Below, one piece after another: positions 43,940-57,460 of a stretch of DNA of 64,000 nt. The notes below the pieces were generated by a model, which saw nothing but the letters and a program-made list of their open reading frames with translations, was not told the origin of the DNA and made no database searches. The position numbers and the translations under genes are program-made. Location: NCBI RefSeq assembly GCF_009914755.1, contig NC_060934.1. The stretch is one strand, 5' to 3'. The number at the start of each line of letters is the position of its first letter. Position 1 is the first letter of the stretch. The stretch comes from the human T2T-CHM13v2.0 reference genome, Homo sapiens.

Positions 43940-44465
43940 GAATGTATTCATCCTTAAAAAAGAAGGAAATCTTGTCATTTGTGACAACATGGATGAACTT
44001 GAAGGACATTATACTAAGTGAAATAAGCCAGACACAAAAAGACAAATATCATATGATCTCACTTATAAGTGAAATATAAAAAAGTTGAACTCTTACAGTT
44101 ACAGAGTAGAATGGTGGGTTACAAGGGCAGGCGATGGAGCAGAGGGGATTGGGGAAATGTTGGTCAAAGGATACAAAATTTCAGGTATGCAGGATGAATA
44201 AATTCTAAAGACCTATATACAGTGTGGTGACTATACTTAATAATATTGTATTGTGTCCTTGAAATTTCCTAAGAGAGTAGATAATTGTTTTCACTAGAAA
44301 AAAAGAAGAAAGGTAACTATGTGAGATGATGGATATGTTAATTAGCTTGGTTGTAGTAAACTTCGCTATGTTTTTGTGTATCAAAACATCATATTGTGCA
44401 CCTTAAATAAGTACATGTACAATTTTAATTTTCCAATTATACCTCAATAGAGCTGAAAAAAATTT
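43940..44465 (+). mobile_element. L1MA (MA8-10-like) 3' end
   Basis: acatggatgaacttgaaggacattatactaagtgaaataagccag...tacctcaatagagctgaaaaa. Confidence 0.8.
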
Positions 44466-47400
44466 AAAAATTTTTATTTTTTCATGTATTACAAAATAAT
44501 ATATTAATTATAGAAATTTAAATATATATTAATTTTTTAAAAAGTAAAAGAAAGTAATCTGTAATCCTACCTCACCAGGGGGGCAGAAGAGAAGTAAAAC
44601 ATTTAAGGTATATCCTCTTGAAACTTTTCCTATACCTGAATATGTATTTTTTCCTTCAACAAAAATAGAAGCAAATGTACATACCAGTTTGCAGCTTACA
44701 TTTTAATTTAACAATAAATAGTGATTATTTTTCCATTTTATTACATGTATTCCCACATAGTCTTTAATAACTATGTACTCTTCCATCATAGAGATGTACT
44801 ATATAATTTATTTACCCCGCCACATTTTTTGGTCATCTAGGTTTCCCAGGTTTACCCTATTAAAAACAACCCTCTACTGAACAGCATTAGAGCCACAGAT
44901 TAACACACATCAGTGCTTTTCCCCTTAGAGTTAATTAATAGAGAAAATCTTTACATTTATTTATGAACCCACTTTTATAGCCAGGCTTTACTCTGTGTTT
45001 TGTTCAATGTTTCTCATGCTAAAACTAATCAATTCCTTGTTCTCTCCCTGTTAACCATCTAAGACCTGCTTTATCTCCATGGCAGTCCCGCTTTTCTCAC
45101 TTTTAAACCACAGCTGTGCTAGCAGATTTTACTTGACGAATATGACTCATTTTTTCAATTCTATACGTGAAAGGAAAGAAGAGCTATTCATTCCTTTCTC
45201 TTTCCTATGTTAGTGTTACTTCAGTCTCTCTCTTAAGAGCAGAAGAGGATGAAACTAACCTCAGCATCACAGCACTTCATGGAGGTTGAAACCTCTGCAA
45301 TCACTATATAACTGACTATACACCCACACACACACACCCCCCACAGAGACTCTCACACAGTCACATACAGAACTAAAGGAAGGAGAAAAGACTGAGAAAA
45401 TGTCTGTGTGATGATTGTTACTATTTACATGGCCCAATCCCACTCACACTCACACCTCAGCTCCACTCACACCCCAGCTCCAAGTTGCCAATGATGCTTC
45501 CATATGGAGTTGAGTCTAGATCAAGCCCTATGAGGAGGCTAGTTCCTGTCTCTGGCTGTGAGAAGAAAGCTGGGCACTGAGCAGTGTCACTTCAGGAAGT
45601 CTCAAGGCTCATTTTATGTTATGATGTAAAAATTCTTTAGTGGAGGAAGAAGAAACTGAATTTTCAGAATGGACTCTGTGAAACCCTAGGATTCTACCTC
45701 ATTATCTCAGGGGTTATTCTTTGTGGAGAGCAGCAGGCAATGATGCCTGAGGGAAATTGAGCTGGATCATCTTTTCTGCGGGCTAGAAAAGAAGGTATGA
45801 AGAGTGCCAGGAGGAAGCGAGGGGCCTTCTGAGGTGAGCACAGGCCTCTAGTCTCTCTCTCCTTTTCCCTTTTCTGAGGGGATCAGGGGACCTGGACCTG
45901 GCAGGGGCCCAAGGGAATCTGCCACGAGGCTGTGCATGAATTTGGAGGTTTGGATTGATTCTGCCTGGCACCTGGAACCTTGTGAGTACTGAGCATGGAG
46001 GACTGCAGAGGGGTGCACTTGAGAAGATGCAAGAGGGAGAAAAGGGAACAACTGCATCTCCACTGCAGCCCATAGTGGAGACACATGAGCTTGTGTCAGT
46101 CCCAGAATGAGCTGTAAAGTGAGTAGAGAGTGGGGACTGTCTTGTCCCGTTACCACTGCCAGAGGCCTGTGCTGTCCGTGGGGCAAGCCGGGATACTCTG
46201 ACTTTGATAGGGGAGGAAACAGGGCTGCCTCTGGAGGTCATCCATGACAGCTCGTTGAGTGAGAGACAATTAGCAGAGGAACAAACAAGAATCTGATGAA
46301 TAATGCTCTATCACCTCCGTGCCTCCAGATATTTGGATTTTTCTCCACAACACTATAGACTCGTGGCACTGTAGTGAAGTATAAGGTTTCCTGGACGTTT
46401 ATAAACAAATGGTTAGGGCTCAGGTGGGTCAAGTGGAAAACTTGGGACTGCATGGTGACTCATAACAAGGATGACAATACTGAAGAAAATGACATTTAAA
46501 CTTGAAATGATAGAAGGAGAATTACTAGGCTGGGCAGAGTTTTCCACATTGGCTTATATTTAGTTTTGTCATTGCTAAGAATGAACGAGTACTTGTAAAA
46601 GAGAAATCAAAATATTTATAAAAATAAAGTGAATGTTATGCTTGCATGTAGACTATTTATGATTATCCAAGTCACATCTGCTATTCTATTTTTTGGATGA
46701 TAAATGGTGCCCAAAAAAGGAGAGTGATTTCTTTTATAGAAGGGTGGTTTATTCAAGGATTTAGTGTTACTGAGCAGCAGAGTTGTTTCTGGAACTTATT
46801 TACTCATTCACTCCATCAGTGCCTTCAGTGGGCAGCCACCAGGAACACACCTGAAGCCAAACAGAATTGGATTTATTGACTTACAGTGAGGGAGAATGAA
46901 CACCATGGAGAAACACGGCAGAGGAAAGAAATGCTGTAGAGTGGACTTAACAGGTATTGGGCTTGTGAGTGATTTGAGGCAAGTTCAAGGGAGTGGGGCT
47001 TTGCTCTTAATTGGATGCTATCTGAAATAAGACATTGCTGTCAAAGACAGCAGATGATGTAGCTCAGGAAACAACTTACAGATCAAATATACTTTGAGGC
47101 ATCTTCTGCTAACACAAGCAATCAGCTTGAATCAAATACACCCAAGTTAAAAAGAACAGCAGATAATTTACAGCAGATGTAATTTGATGTCATGGTTTCT
47201 CCTCATTTTGGGAGGAGAGGCTGGGATGCATTTTAGAAATTTGAACAATGTTTAAATTAAGAATTAGGTTTGACATCTAGCCTCCAACCTTAATATGTCA
47301 TCACAGAGAGTAAACTATCCAAAACCAAGAGATCCAAACTACTTGTTTTTCCTCTATTTTGCCAATGGAGATGTTTTCTGCCTTTCTTCTCCATGGCCCT

Positions 47401-47502
47401 TAAAATATAAAAACCTGACAATCTCTGCTCCCTATCAGATTATAGAGTCCAGGACCTAGCCTGCACTGAAAAGAGACTGTTGAAATAAAGGGCTTGTACT
47501 TA

Positions 47503-47838
<336 letters not shown>

Positions 47839-48734
47839 GGTTTATGTTTTCTACTGGGGATAGTAAGAGGGCACGCAGGGCTCCTCTTGGAAAGGCCATT
47901 TGCACTATACCTCAGCTCTATGGGGAAGAGGAATACGAAACATCGCAAGAGGACATGGAGACTTTTTCCAGGTTCCTTAGTTGGTATTTGAGTTTGGCTG
48001 GAGGAGAATGAGCTCCTTGGAGGCGATGTTAGTAAACCCTAAGTTTCAGAGTTGGAGGACCAAAAGCCTGCCATACAGAAAAACTAGGGAAAGCTTGTGG
48101 ATGTGGTGTTTTGTGGGTTGGTATAGGCTTATTCCTGGGTAAGCTCTAGGACCCCAGTGAACAATATATAGCTTGAGAACCACAGGCAGACCAACCTACT
48201 TCTCCATACATCAGTCAGTTTATAAAGAAGCACCCTTTCTTCATAAGCCTTATTTATCAAAAGCAGGGGAATAATGGGTGGGGGACTCTTTAAGGAAATA
48301 ACCTCAGGTGCCAAGGAAATATTTCAGAACCCCCTGGAAATGCCCAGCAGCCGAAATAGCTAGGAGGGCAGCTGGGACTGATGAGAGGAGCCTGGCATTG
48401 GCAAGAGGAAGATTGCCCATGAGAAAGGCAGTATTGAGTCCCTACCAGAGTCAGAAACCAGCAGGATAAAAATGAGCTGCTTCTGGGAGACAAAGTGGAG
48501 AGAGTGCCTGCATGCTGTCCAGCTGTCTGAGAATCCAGATGCTGCTCAGAGGAAGTGAGAGATCCTGAGAGTTCCTGTGACTGAGACTGGGTTTTAAAGA
48601 TATACCCCCTTTCCTGCTTCATGTTAAACTGAACATGAGCAAGGTGCTGGGACCCTGTGGGGAGACTCAGAGCATGCCCGGTGGAGGAGAAGCTGTTGCT
48701 TAGTCAGTGCAGACTGTTTCTAGGGGTTGGAGCT

Positions 48735-48912
48735 CTGCTCACATCTTTTAACTGTGTAGCCTTGAATGCTCTGCGCATTGAGTTCCTCATTTGTAAAAAG
48801 GAATTGTACATTCCTTCTTTCTAGGTTTGATTTGAGGATGAAGGGAGATTGGGCTTTTAAAATAGCTATGACAGGTCCTAACGCATAGATGGTTCTCAAT
48901 GAATATTGGTTC
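48735..48912 (+). mobile_element. MIR
   Basis: gttcctcatttgtaaaa core. Confidence 0.65.
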
Positions 48913-50207
48913 ATTTCTTCTTGCCTGAGCAGAAAGTGACACTTTCTCACTAGGCAACCATCAAGAATGGGGAATTGGACTCAACTTGGAGGGGAAGGGA
49001 TTTCACACATAACCTTTTATAAAATACTTGCTGTAACACAGATTACAAGGAACAGAGCAGTTCTTTGCAGGAGGCCTACTATTTGGATCAGCTACAACCT
49101 TTCAAGCCACAGGACTGAAGACACATTATTCTTAATTATCTAAAGCCAGAAAAAGAAAGAGCTGATTGAGTTAATGGACAATGCTTAGGAATGTGGACAC
49201 TGGTTTATTAATTATTCTCTACCTCCAAACAGCATTAGAGTCATGTATAACTTAGCATTTCTAAGTCATTGCAGTCAGTCAGTTAAATTGACAAGAGACT
49301 TTCAAATTTTATTTAATAGCCTTGTGACTGTTCTTGTTTCCATGGATCTGGGTGGAAGTTGGATGGATGAACACAAAGAAAGCTTAGAAATGATTGAGTA
49401 GAAGAAACCAGACCTCTAGGAAGGATTAACGATTTTTGTTTTTGGCCCTGATCCACTATTCTAACATCAAATACACAGCTGTTTATTGAAAGCCACGCTT
49501 CTTGCTAGGATGACACGCTCATTCTGGTCCACCTGGAGTTTTCCTGGAGTTGGCATTGAAAGTCCAAAGTTGCAGTAAATCTCTCTGTTTCAGACTCACG
49601 GGGATAGTTGGCTGCCCTACTGGAAAGGGCCAAGACAAATTGTAAAGGAAGACACAACTTTGATGAACTCTGGAGCTACAAGCCAGGGACAAGGCTGAGG
49701 GAAGCCCAGGTAAGGGTTTAGATAGCAGAAGTGGATCTCCAGAGTCACAAAGTAGAAATCTTCAATTATTGGAGAAATCCAGAAGATGGAGAGGTCACTT
49801 AGGCCACTTTCAATAACCAATAAGCAAAATATTCAAATGCCACAAAAACACATAAACAATCAAACAAAATTCATTCCCCATCCTAAGTTTAAATGTGGAC
49901 TAGGATCAAAGATCTCCCTTGGGACTGGTGGCAGAGTAAATAAATTACCCTCTAAGGAACCAATCTGCAGAGCAGTATTCATCAAAATTACCTGGAGTGT
50001 TTATTAAATAATTTTCTGTAACTCACCCCAATCTACCAAACATGATTGCTAGAGGAGAGGACTGGGAATATGTCCTTTTAAAAGGCATCTTGGGTGACTC
50101 TAATGTGAAATTTTTTGCTCTAGGATGGTGATCCTCAAACACTTTTGATTATTGAGCCCTAGCAGTAAAAAATTTAAAAAAAGATCTTTAACATATGTAT
50201 ATGTACT

Positions 50208-50288
50208 TATCTATCTATCTATCTACCTATCTATCTATCTATCATCTATCTATCTATCTATCTATCTGTCTATCTATCTATCTATCTA
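50208..50288. repeat. Compound (TATC)n tetranucleotide microsatellite
   Basis: about 20 units with TACC, ATC and TGTC interruptions. Confidence 0.95.
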
Positions 50289-50593
50289 TATTACTCTTAC
50301 TCACCCTTTAGGTTTTTCATTTAACACCTTTTAGACATGGTAAAATCTGCTTGGTTTATCTTACCGTACTTTGAATCTTTCTTTTCAGAATACACTCCAA
50401 TCTGCTAGACTGGAGTTTCCTGAGGGCAAGGACTGTGTCTGTTTCATTTACCTTTGTATTCATAACAGCAAAATGCTTGGCCCAATAAAATATTGGTGTG
50501 AATTGAATTTAGGATTCCTCTTTAAATGACAGGTAGCTTGTTGTCTGGGGCAGTCCTGGTTAATGCTGGCATTGTTTGTCCAAACTGTTTCAC

Positions 50594-50607
50594 GTTTCCA
50601 TGGAAAC
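50594..50607. promoter_or_regulatory. Perfect palindromic RFX X-box GTTTCCATGGAAAC
   Basis: 14-bp palindrome matching GTTNCCATGGNAAC in apparently non-repeat DNA. Confidence 0.5.
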
Positions 50608-51529
50608 AGAACCAGCAGTTCATGTAGGCACCACTACCTGTCAGTGCCAGGTACCCAAAGAGAGTTTAAAATCCCATTTCCTGGTCTCCAGTTGGTTTTC
50701 TCCTGCAGTGCCAGAACTTCTGCTGCAGGCGAAAGGACCCTCCATTGAAAGAGCAGCGGGAGCTGTCACTAAGAGGCTTTCAATCTAGACAAGTAAGAAG
50801 AAAAGGAGTGGAGCAGCTTCATGCATCAAACAATACCTCCCCTCAGGTGGCATGATCTTGGGGGAAGCCTCTTTGGACAGGGAGGGAGAGAACAAATCCA
50901 CTTCATGCTCCCTGGGGCCTTATTGTTGAGTTCCAGCGATTGTTAACATCAATTATGCTGTAACTACTTAATAGCACCTTTGAAAACAGGGATTGCTGGC
51001 TTTGGAAAAACCCTGGAGCTTTCTTTATCTCCTGTTGGTGGAAAAGATCAACACTAAAATTAAGATTATAAGTCCAGGAGCAGTTTCATGGTTATATAAC
51101 TGCTTCCAGGCATGAGAGGTAGATGCTGTACACATTTTAGGTAAATTGAAAAGCTGTGGGATGTTGCAGCTGAAGAGATCCTCAAGATTGTGACCCCCAG
51201 TCTGCATCATGGAGGCAGGTGTTGTGAAATGACCAAGCTAATTTCCTCATGTACAACTGTTAGGTCCTTTTTGGGAAATGTCTGTCGTCTCTAAGGATTA
51301 GAGGCTGGTGAAGGTTATGGGCCTTCTGCTCACAACTTTCTACTAGGTTATGATGGAAGTAAGTTTCAGGCCAAATTTTGCCATATATAGTGACATTTAG
51401 TAGCAAGCAGGCCCCCAGATGATCAGCTCTGATCTTTGAGGTTCTCTGACTATATTTGGTATGCAAGGTCCATGAGAGGAAAATGTGGCAATGTGTAGCT
51501 AATGTTATTTTTTTTAAAATTTTTTAATT

Positions 51530-52955
51530 TGTAACTTGCATAGTTATTTTTTGAAAAATAAAAATTATATGTATTTATTATGTGTAATATGATGTTTTCA
51601 AACATGTATATATTGTGGAATGGCTAAATCAGACTAATTAACATATGCATTACATCCACAGACATCATTTTTAAATGGTGAGAATACTTAAATCTACTGT
51701 CTTAGCAATTTTCAAGAATATAATACATTGTTATTAACTATAGTCTCCATGTATATGATAGATCTCTTGAACTTATTCCTCCTAACTGCAATTTTGTACC
51801 CTTTGACCAATATATTCCCAATCAAACCCTCCCTTTCCTCAATAACCACCATTCTGTTCTCTCCTTCTTTTTTAGATTCCACATGTAAGTGAGATAATGT
51901 ATTTATCTCTCTATTCCTAGCTTATTTCACTTAACATGATGTCCTCAGGTTCACCTATGTTGTTGCAAATGACTGGATTTCTTTCTTTTTAAAGGCTGAA
52001 TTCCATTGTGTATATGTACCACGTTTTCTTTATCCATTTATTTATTAATGGGCATTTAGGTTGAATCCATATCTTGGCTATTATGAATAGTGCTGCAATG
52101 AACATGGGAGTACAGATATCTCTCTGATGTATTGATTTCATATTCCATGGATATATACCCAGTAGTGGGATTGCTGGATCATACTATTAGTACTATTTTT
52201 AATTGTTTGAGGAACGTTCATACTAGTTTCCATAATTGCTGTATCAATTTACATTCCCACCAACAGCACAAAGGGTTCCCTTTTCTCCACATCCTCACCA
52301 ACGCTTGTTATCTTTTGTCTTATTGATATTAGCCATTTTAACAGGTGTGAGATCATATTTCATTGTGGTTTTTAATTTGTATTTTGCGATGATTAGTGAT
52401 GTTGAGTACCTTTTCATACACCATTGGCCATTGGACATTTGTATGTCTTTGTTTAAGAAATGTTTATTCAGTTCCTTTACCTACTTTTAGCCAGTTGTTT
52501 CCTTGCTATTGAGTTCCTTATGTATTTTGTATATTAACCCCTTATCAGATATATGGTTTGCAATTTTTTCCCCCATTTTATAGGTTGTCTTTTCATGCTG
52601 TTGATTGTTTCCTTGGATGTGCAGAAGCATTTTACTTTGACGAAATTCCATTTGTCATTTTCACTTTTGTTGGCTGTTTGTTGGGGGTCATATCCAAAAA
52701 ATCACTGCCAAAGCCAGTGTCTTAGAGGTGCCTATGTTTTCTTCCAGTAGTTTTACAATTTTAGGTCTTATGTTTGAGTCTGCAATCCATTTTGAGTTGA
52801 TTTTTGTATATGGTGTGAGATAAGGGTCTAATTTTATTCTCTGCTTGTGGATATCTAGTTGTCCCAACGTCATTTATTGAAGAGACGGTCTTTTCCCCAT
52901 TGTGTGTTCTTGGTACCTTTGTCAAAAATAAATTGTCTGTAAATGGGTGGATTCA
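51530..52955 (-). mobile_element. 5'-truncated L1MA6/7-like element
   Basis: tattgtggaatggctaaatcagactaattaacatatgcattac 3' end; ORF2 remnant [17 protein letters not shown]. Confidence 0.85.
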
Positions 52956-53177
52956 GCTAACCTTATAGTTGGATAGAGACAGCAAGAATCCCCTGAATCA
53001 GTAGCTGTTCTGTCTGCAGTCAAGCATGGGGCACATTCCAAAAGATACAGACTAGTGCTCGTGCTAGATTTTTGGTTTTATCCTACTTGTGCAAAGAACA
53101 GAAAGAGCCTTTAAATACTTTAGCCAATGCACACATCTTGAAGACCATTTATCTCACTAGTGAAAAACCATTGCTGA

Positions 53178-53810
53178 TGTAGGGTCTCAGAAAACAAAAC
53201 CCCAAAATGAAGACCTCAGAAGCAGCTCTCTCTGACCTCCTGCCCACCTGTCTCTGGCCTCTCATTCTCCCCCGAGGCTAACCATAGAAACTAGAATCCC
53301 TCTTCCTTAAGGTGGGTCATAGAAACCAGAACTCTTTGCCCCCAAAGCCAGCCATAAAACCTAAAAATATTGCTCTAACTTCCTTCCTGTATTTTTGTAT
53401 AAAAATTGGCATAGAGAAATCATCTGAACTACCTTGTTTGCCTGTGGGTCATAAGACCCCCATTCCAGAAAGGGTTCTACCCCACACCCAGAAGGGAGGA
53501 ATGCTGTACAGAGAGGCCATGAAGCATGTAAACAGACAGGTCTTGCTGGGTTTCCCTGCTCAGTTTTCTAGCATTAGATTATACTCTCTTTGTTCAATCA
53601 TAATTTCTACCTGCTGTCTGTACTTTGTCGAACCTAAGCATAAAAATGGAAAGTTACTTTGTATCTTTGGGTCTCCTTTCTGAAGGCTATTGTGTCACAT
53701 AAAATTATAATCAAATAATGGTATGTCTTTCCTCTCATTAATCTCCATTCGTCAGTGATTTTCAGAGAAACTTCACAGGGCAAAGGGGAAGTTTTCTCTT
53801 GGCCCTTGCA
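53178..53810 (+). mobile_element. MER39-like ERV1 solo LTR
   Basis: tgtagggtctcagaaaacaaaaccccaaaatgaagacctcagaagcag...ggcccttgca; TSD ctga/ctaa. Confidence 0.8.
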
Positions 53811-53879
53811 CTAACATTCATCATGTTCTTTATCCCAGGCTATGGGAGAGTGAGGCAGAAGAGCATGACAAGCCAAAGC

Positions 53880-54207
53880 TGTCTTGTTACGCAGATAAAA
53901 ATCTCTCTTGTAATCTTGGAGCTGCCCTCAGATGGAATAGACAGAGTCACTGTTTCTCTGTCAGACCTTTAAAAGTGTCAGACCTTCTGAGTTAATCTTC
54001 ACTAGACCTAGATAAGGGAGATGAAAGGGGCCTCAGAGAAAGCCTGTTTGCTTCTGCTGTTTGTTGCACTAATGTAGATTTTCTCTGCAGATCTTTGAAC
54101 AGGACAGCTGTTCAAAGCTGTTCCTGTGGCCTGCAGCCTCTCTGACTAGCTATCTAAAAATATGCCAAAGAAGTATATTTTGAGGTAAAATAGTCTGATT
54201 TCCTTCG
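53880..54207 (-). mobile_element. ERV1 LTR fragment (MER34 group-like)
   Basis: aaaatatgccaaagaagtatattttgaggtaaaata..gatttccttc terminus. Confidence 0.55.
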
Positions 54208-54978
54208 CTGGGATACATTGGGAGAACCCCTTTTTCAAAAATTTCCAGCCACGGACAAGCCACGGATGCTTGAAGTTCCACTGAAGGTAGCTCATTCTTC
54301 TGGTCTAGCTTTATTATCAAGCGCAGTCCACTTCAAAAACAAATCAGTGAATAAAATTGAGGCAAAATGGGGAGAGAGCTCCACAAAGGTGGTCACCTCA
54401 AGGGAATTGGAAGGAGAAATTTTTGAAGGGAGTAACAGAAGATGGTTTTTAAACATTTTTGCAGTATTATCTTACCGAAAATTTAACTTCAACCTAGAGA
54501 AATCTATAACATCCGATTTTTGCCCACGCACTGGTGTATCCAGTCTACCTTTGTACCTATAGGCCTGTGAATGATGCTCAGCTCCTGGCGGTGGAGAGTC
54601 AGTGGCTTCTCCAAAGCTATTCTCAAGCTCCTTGAATCTGCTGATCAGGGTCACAGCACTTCTTGGGTAGGAGCCCATGCCTTGGCTTTTCTGATATGTG
54701 GAGGCAGTGAGTACTCCTCTGCAGGGCTGCTATGCTGCTCAGCCCCAGGGACCATGCCCTCTACAGTGCTCAAGGGCTTAAGAGGATGCTGTGCACTTAG
54801 AATACACCTGGACGCTGCCCCTCCCTTCCCTGGGAGCTGTTCCTGGCCAGGTTGACACCCTTCTCTTTTCTTTCAAAGGCTGCTTGAACTTTCCTCTCCT
54901 CTAGCCACTGGGTGTGTTTCCTGCATAGTCAGGAGTGTGTGGAGAGGCCTGTGCTGTCATAGCTTTCTCTCTCTGTCT

Positions 54979-55256
54979 CTTTTTTTTTTTGTCACCCAGG
55001 CTGGAGTGTAGTGGTGCAACTGTAGTTCACTATGCAGCCTTGAACTCCTGGCTCAAGCGATCCTCCCACCTCAGCCTCAGGAGTAGCTAGTGCACCACCA
55101 TGCCCCACCATGCCTGGCTAATTTTTAAATTTTTCTGTAGAGAAGGGGTCTCCCTATGTTGCCCAGGCTGGTCTCAAACTCCTGGCCTCAGATGATCCTC
55201 CTGCCTTGGCCTCCTAAAAGTGCTAGGAGTATAGGCGTGAGCCACTGTGCCCAGCC
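54979..55256 (-). mobile_element. AluJ
   Basis: diverged dimer. Confidence 0.9.
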
Positions 55257-55599
55257 CTGTCTTAGCTCTCTTGATCCCTGAAGTGGGGTTTCTTTCTGAA
55301 CCCCAGGGACACCGTCCAAAGCTGTTTGAGGGGCCAGACTGGGCAAGAATCAAAAAAACAACACATTCTATTCAGGAAAACCCTCTCTGGAGCAGCTTGT
55401 TTTCCTCTACCTGGTAAACTTTTACTTATCCTTCATGACCCAGCTCAGGTGTTACCTTCCTCATGACATTTTTGACATTTCCACTGGCAGGGTTACAAGG
55501 CGAGGATCGTTCTGTTTTTTTCCGGGCATCCTTAGTGCACTGCTCGTTCTCTATAGAAGGAATAGTCACACTTATTGGTCACATCCTCTGTGTCAGGCA

Positions 55600-55770
55600 T
55601 CTTCCCGGTGCTTACATGCATAATCTCATTTCATCAACTCCAGAATGCTCTGAGGTGATGTGATTTTTCAGGTGAGGACACAGCCTCAGGAAGGTCAGTT
55701 TGTCTGAGGTTACCCAGCCAGTAAGCAGTAGATCTAGGATTCAAACCCAAGCTAATCTGACTCCAGAAGA
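55600..55770 (-). mobile_element. MIR
   Basis: ggattcaaacccaagctaatctgactccaga B-box end. Confidence 0.65.
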
Positions 55771-56339
55771 CACAGACTGCTTTTTCTCTGTGCTACATGG
55801 ACCCACTGTGGCTTCTGCATCACTCTACATTGTAACCTAGTAGTTGCAGTCAACACAAGACCAGATCTCTGAGGTTAGAAACCATGTTCACTATCTTTGA
55901 ATCTCCAGAACTTAGCTTGCTGCTTGACCCACACAGAAGACACTGAGTAAATGCCCAAAGTGTCACTAATTAGGAATTCAACTGCATTAAGCGAATACCC
56001 AAGGGAAGGGTGTAGTCTGAGAGGGCCTACTAGTCTTCATTGAGTGTGGGATGACTTTCGTGTTGCTAAATCCAACTGCCAATGCTTCATCTCAACTTAT
56101 TTGACCCATTTGCATTTAGAAACATTGATGGTTCCCTCCTCTTAATACTTTCTCTACTTGAAGTGTGCATGCCTTTTTTTGCCTCCTTCCTTGTCACTTC
56201 TTTGCCGACTTGCTGGCCCCATCTTCTCCCCTGTCCTACTGCTGGAGGGCCCTGGGCCCTGTCCTTGGTCGTCTCCTTGCTTGCTCACTCACTTGGGGAT
56301 TTCAGTTTACCTTATGCCTTTAATAAACACCATTTGTCT

Positions 56340-56763
<424 letters not shown>

Positions 56764-57460
56764 TCAGATGTCTAATAGCCATCTCAGTTACAACATGTTC
56801 AAAGCTGAATTTCTGATTCCACCTCCTGCTCCCTGCCCCTAGCCCCGGACAAAGAAAAACTGCTCCTTTGCTGACTCCCCAATTCCTGCAGTCTTTCTCA
56901 ACTCTACTCTTTCTTCTGCACCTCTCATCTAATTCACTAGGAAATGCTAAAGAATCTGATCACTTCCCATTACTTCTCTGCCGCTAAGCTGCAATTATCT
57001 CTCACACGGGTTAGGAGAAGTTAGTTTTCTAAATGTTCTCCCCTTAGCTCACCACTCAAAACTCCATAAAGTTTTCTGAACACAGTAGCAAGAGTGATCT
57101 TTTAAAATATAAGTCAGAGCATGTTGTTTCTCTGTTCAAAATCCAGTTACACTAAAAGTAAAAGCTAAGGGGCTTACAATGGCCCACTGACACCCATCCT
57201 CATTGTTCTCCTTACCTCCCTGACCTCATCTTCTAGTGTCCCCATCTCTTTCCCAGCTACACGGGCCTCTCGCTTCTTCCCCAGTGCCAGTAGTGCCCTG
57301 GCCGTGAGTCTTTACCCTCACCATATCCTTTGCATTTCTTTACACCCAACATGTATACCTGGCCCAATCTCCCACCTTCTTTGTAACTTTTCTAGAATGT
57401 TACTTTCTCAATAAGGCTTACTGGGACCACCCACTTAATTTTGCCAACTACCTTCACACC

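Noticed and set aside
45783-46453. Overlapping 152/112/67/71 aa minus-strand ORFs in a GC-richer block
   Set aside because: No recognisable domain or splice structure; several frames are open at once, as expected from composition; may be an old LTR remnant I cannot name
54218-54855. 114 aa and 94 aa plus-strand ORFs
   Set aside because: Weak or non-ATG start for the first, no homology recognised, no exon signals
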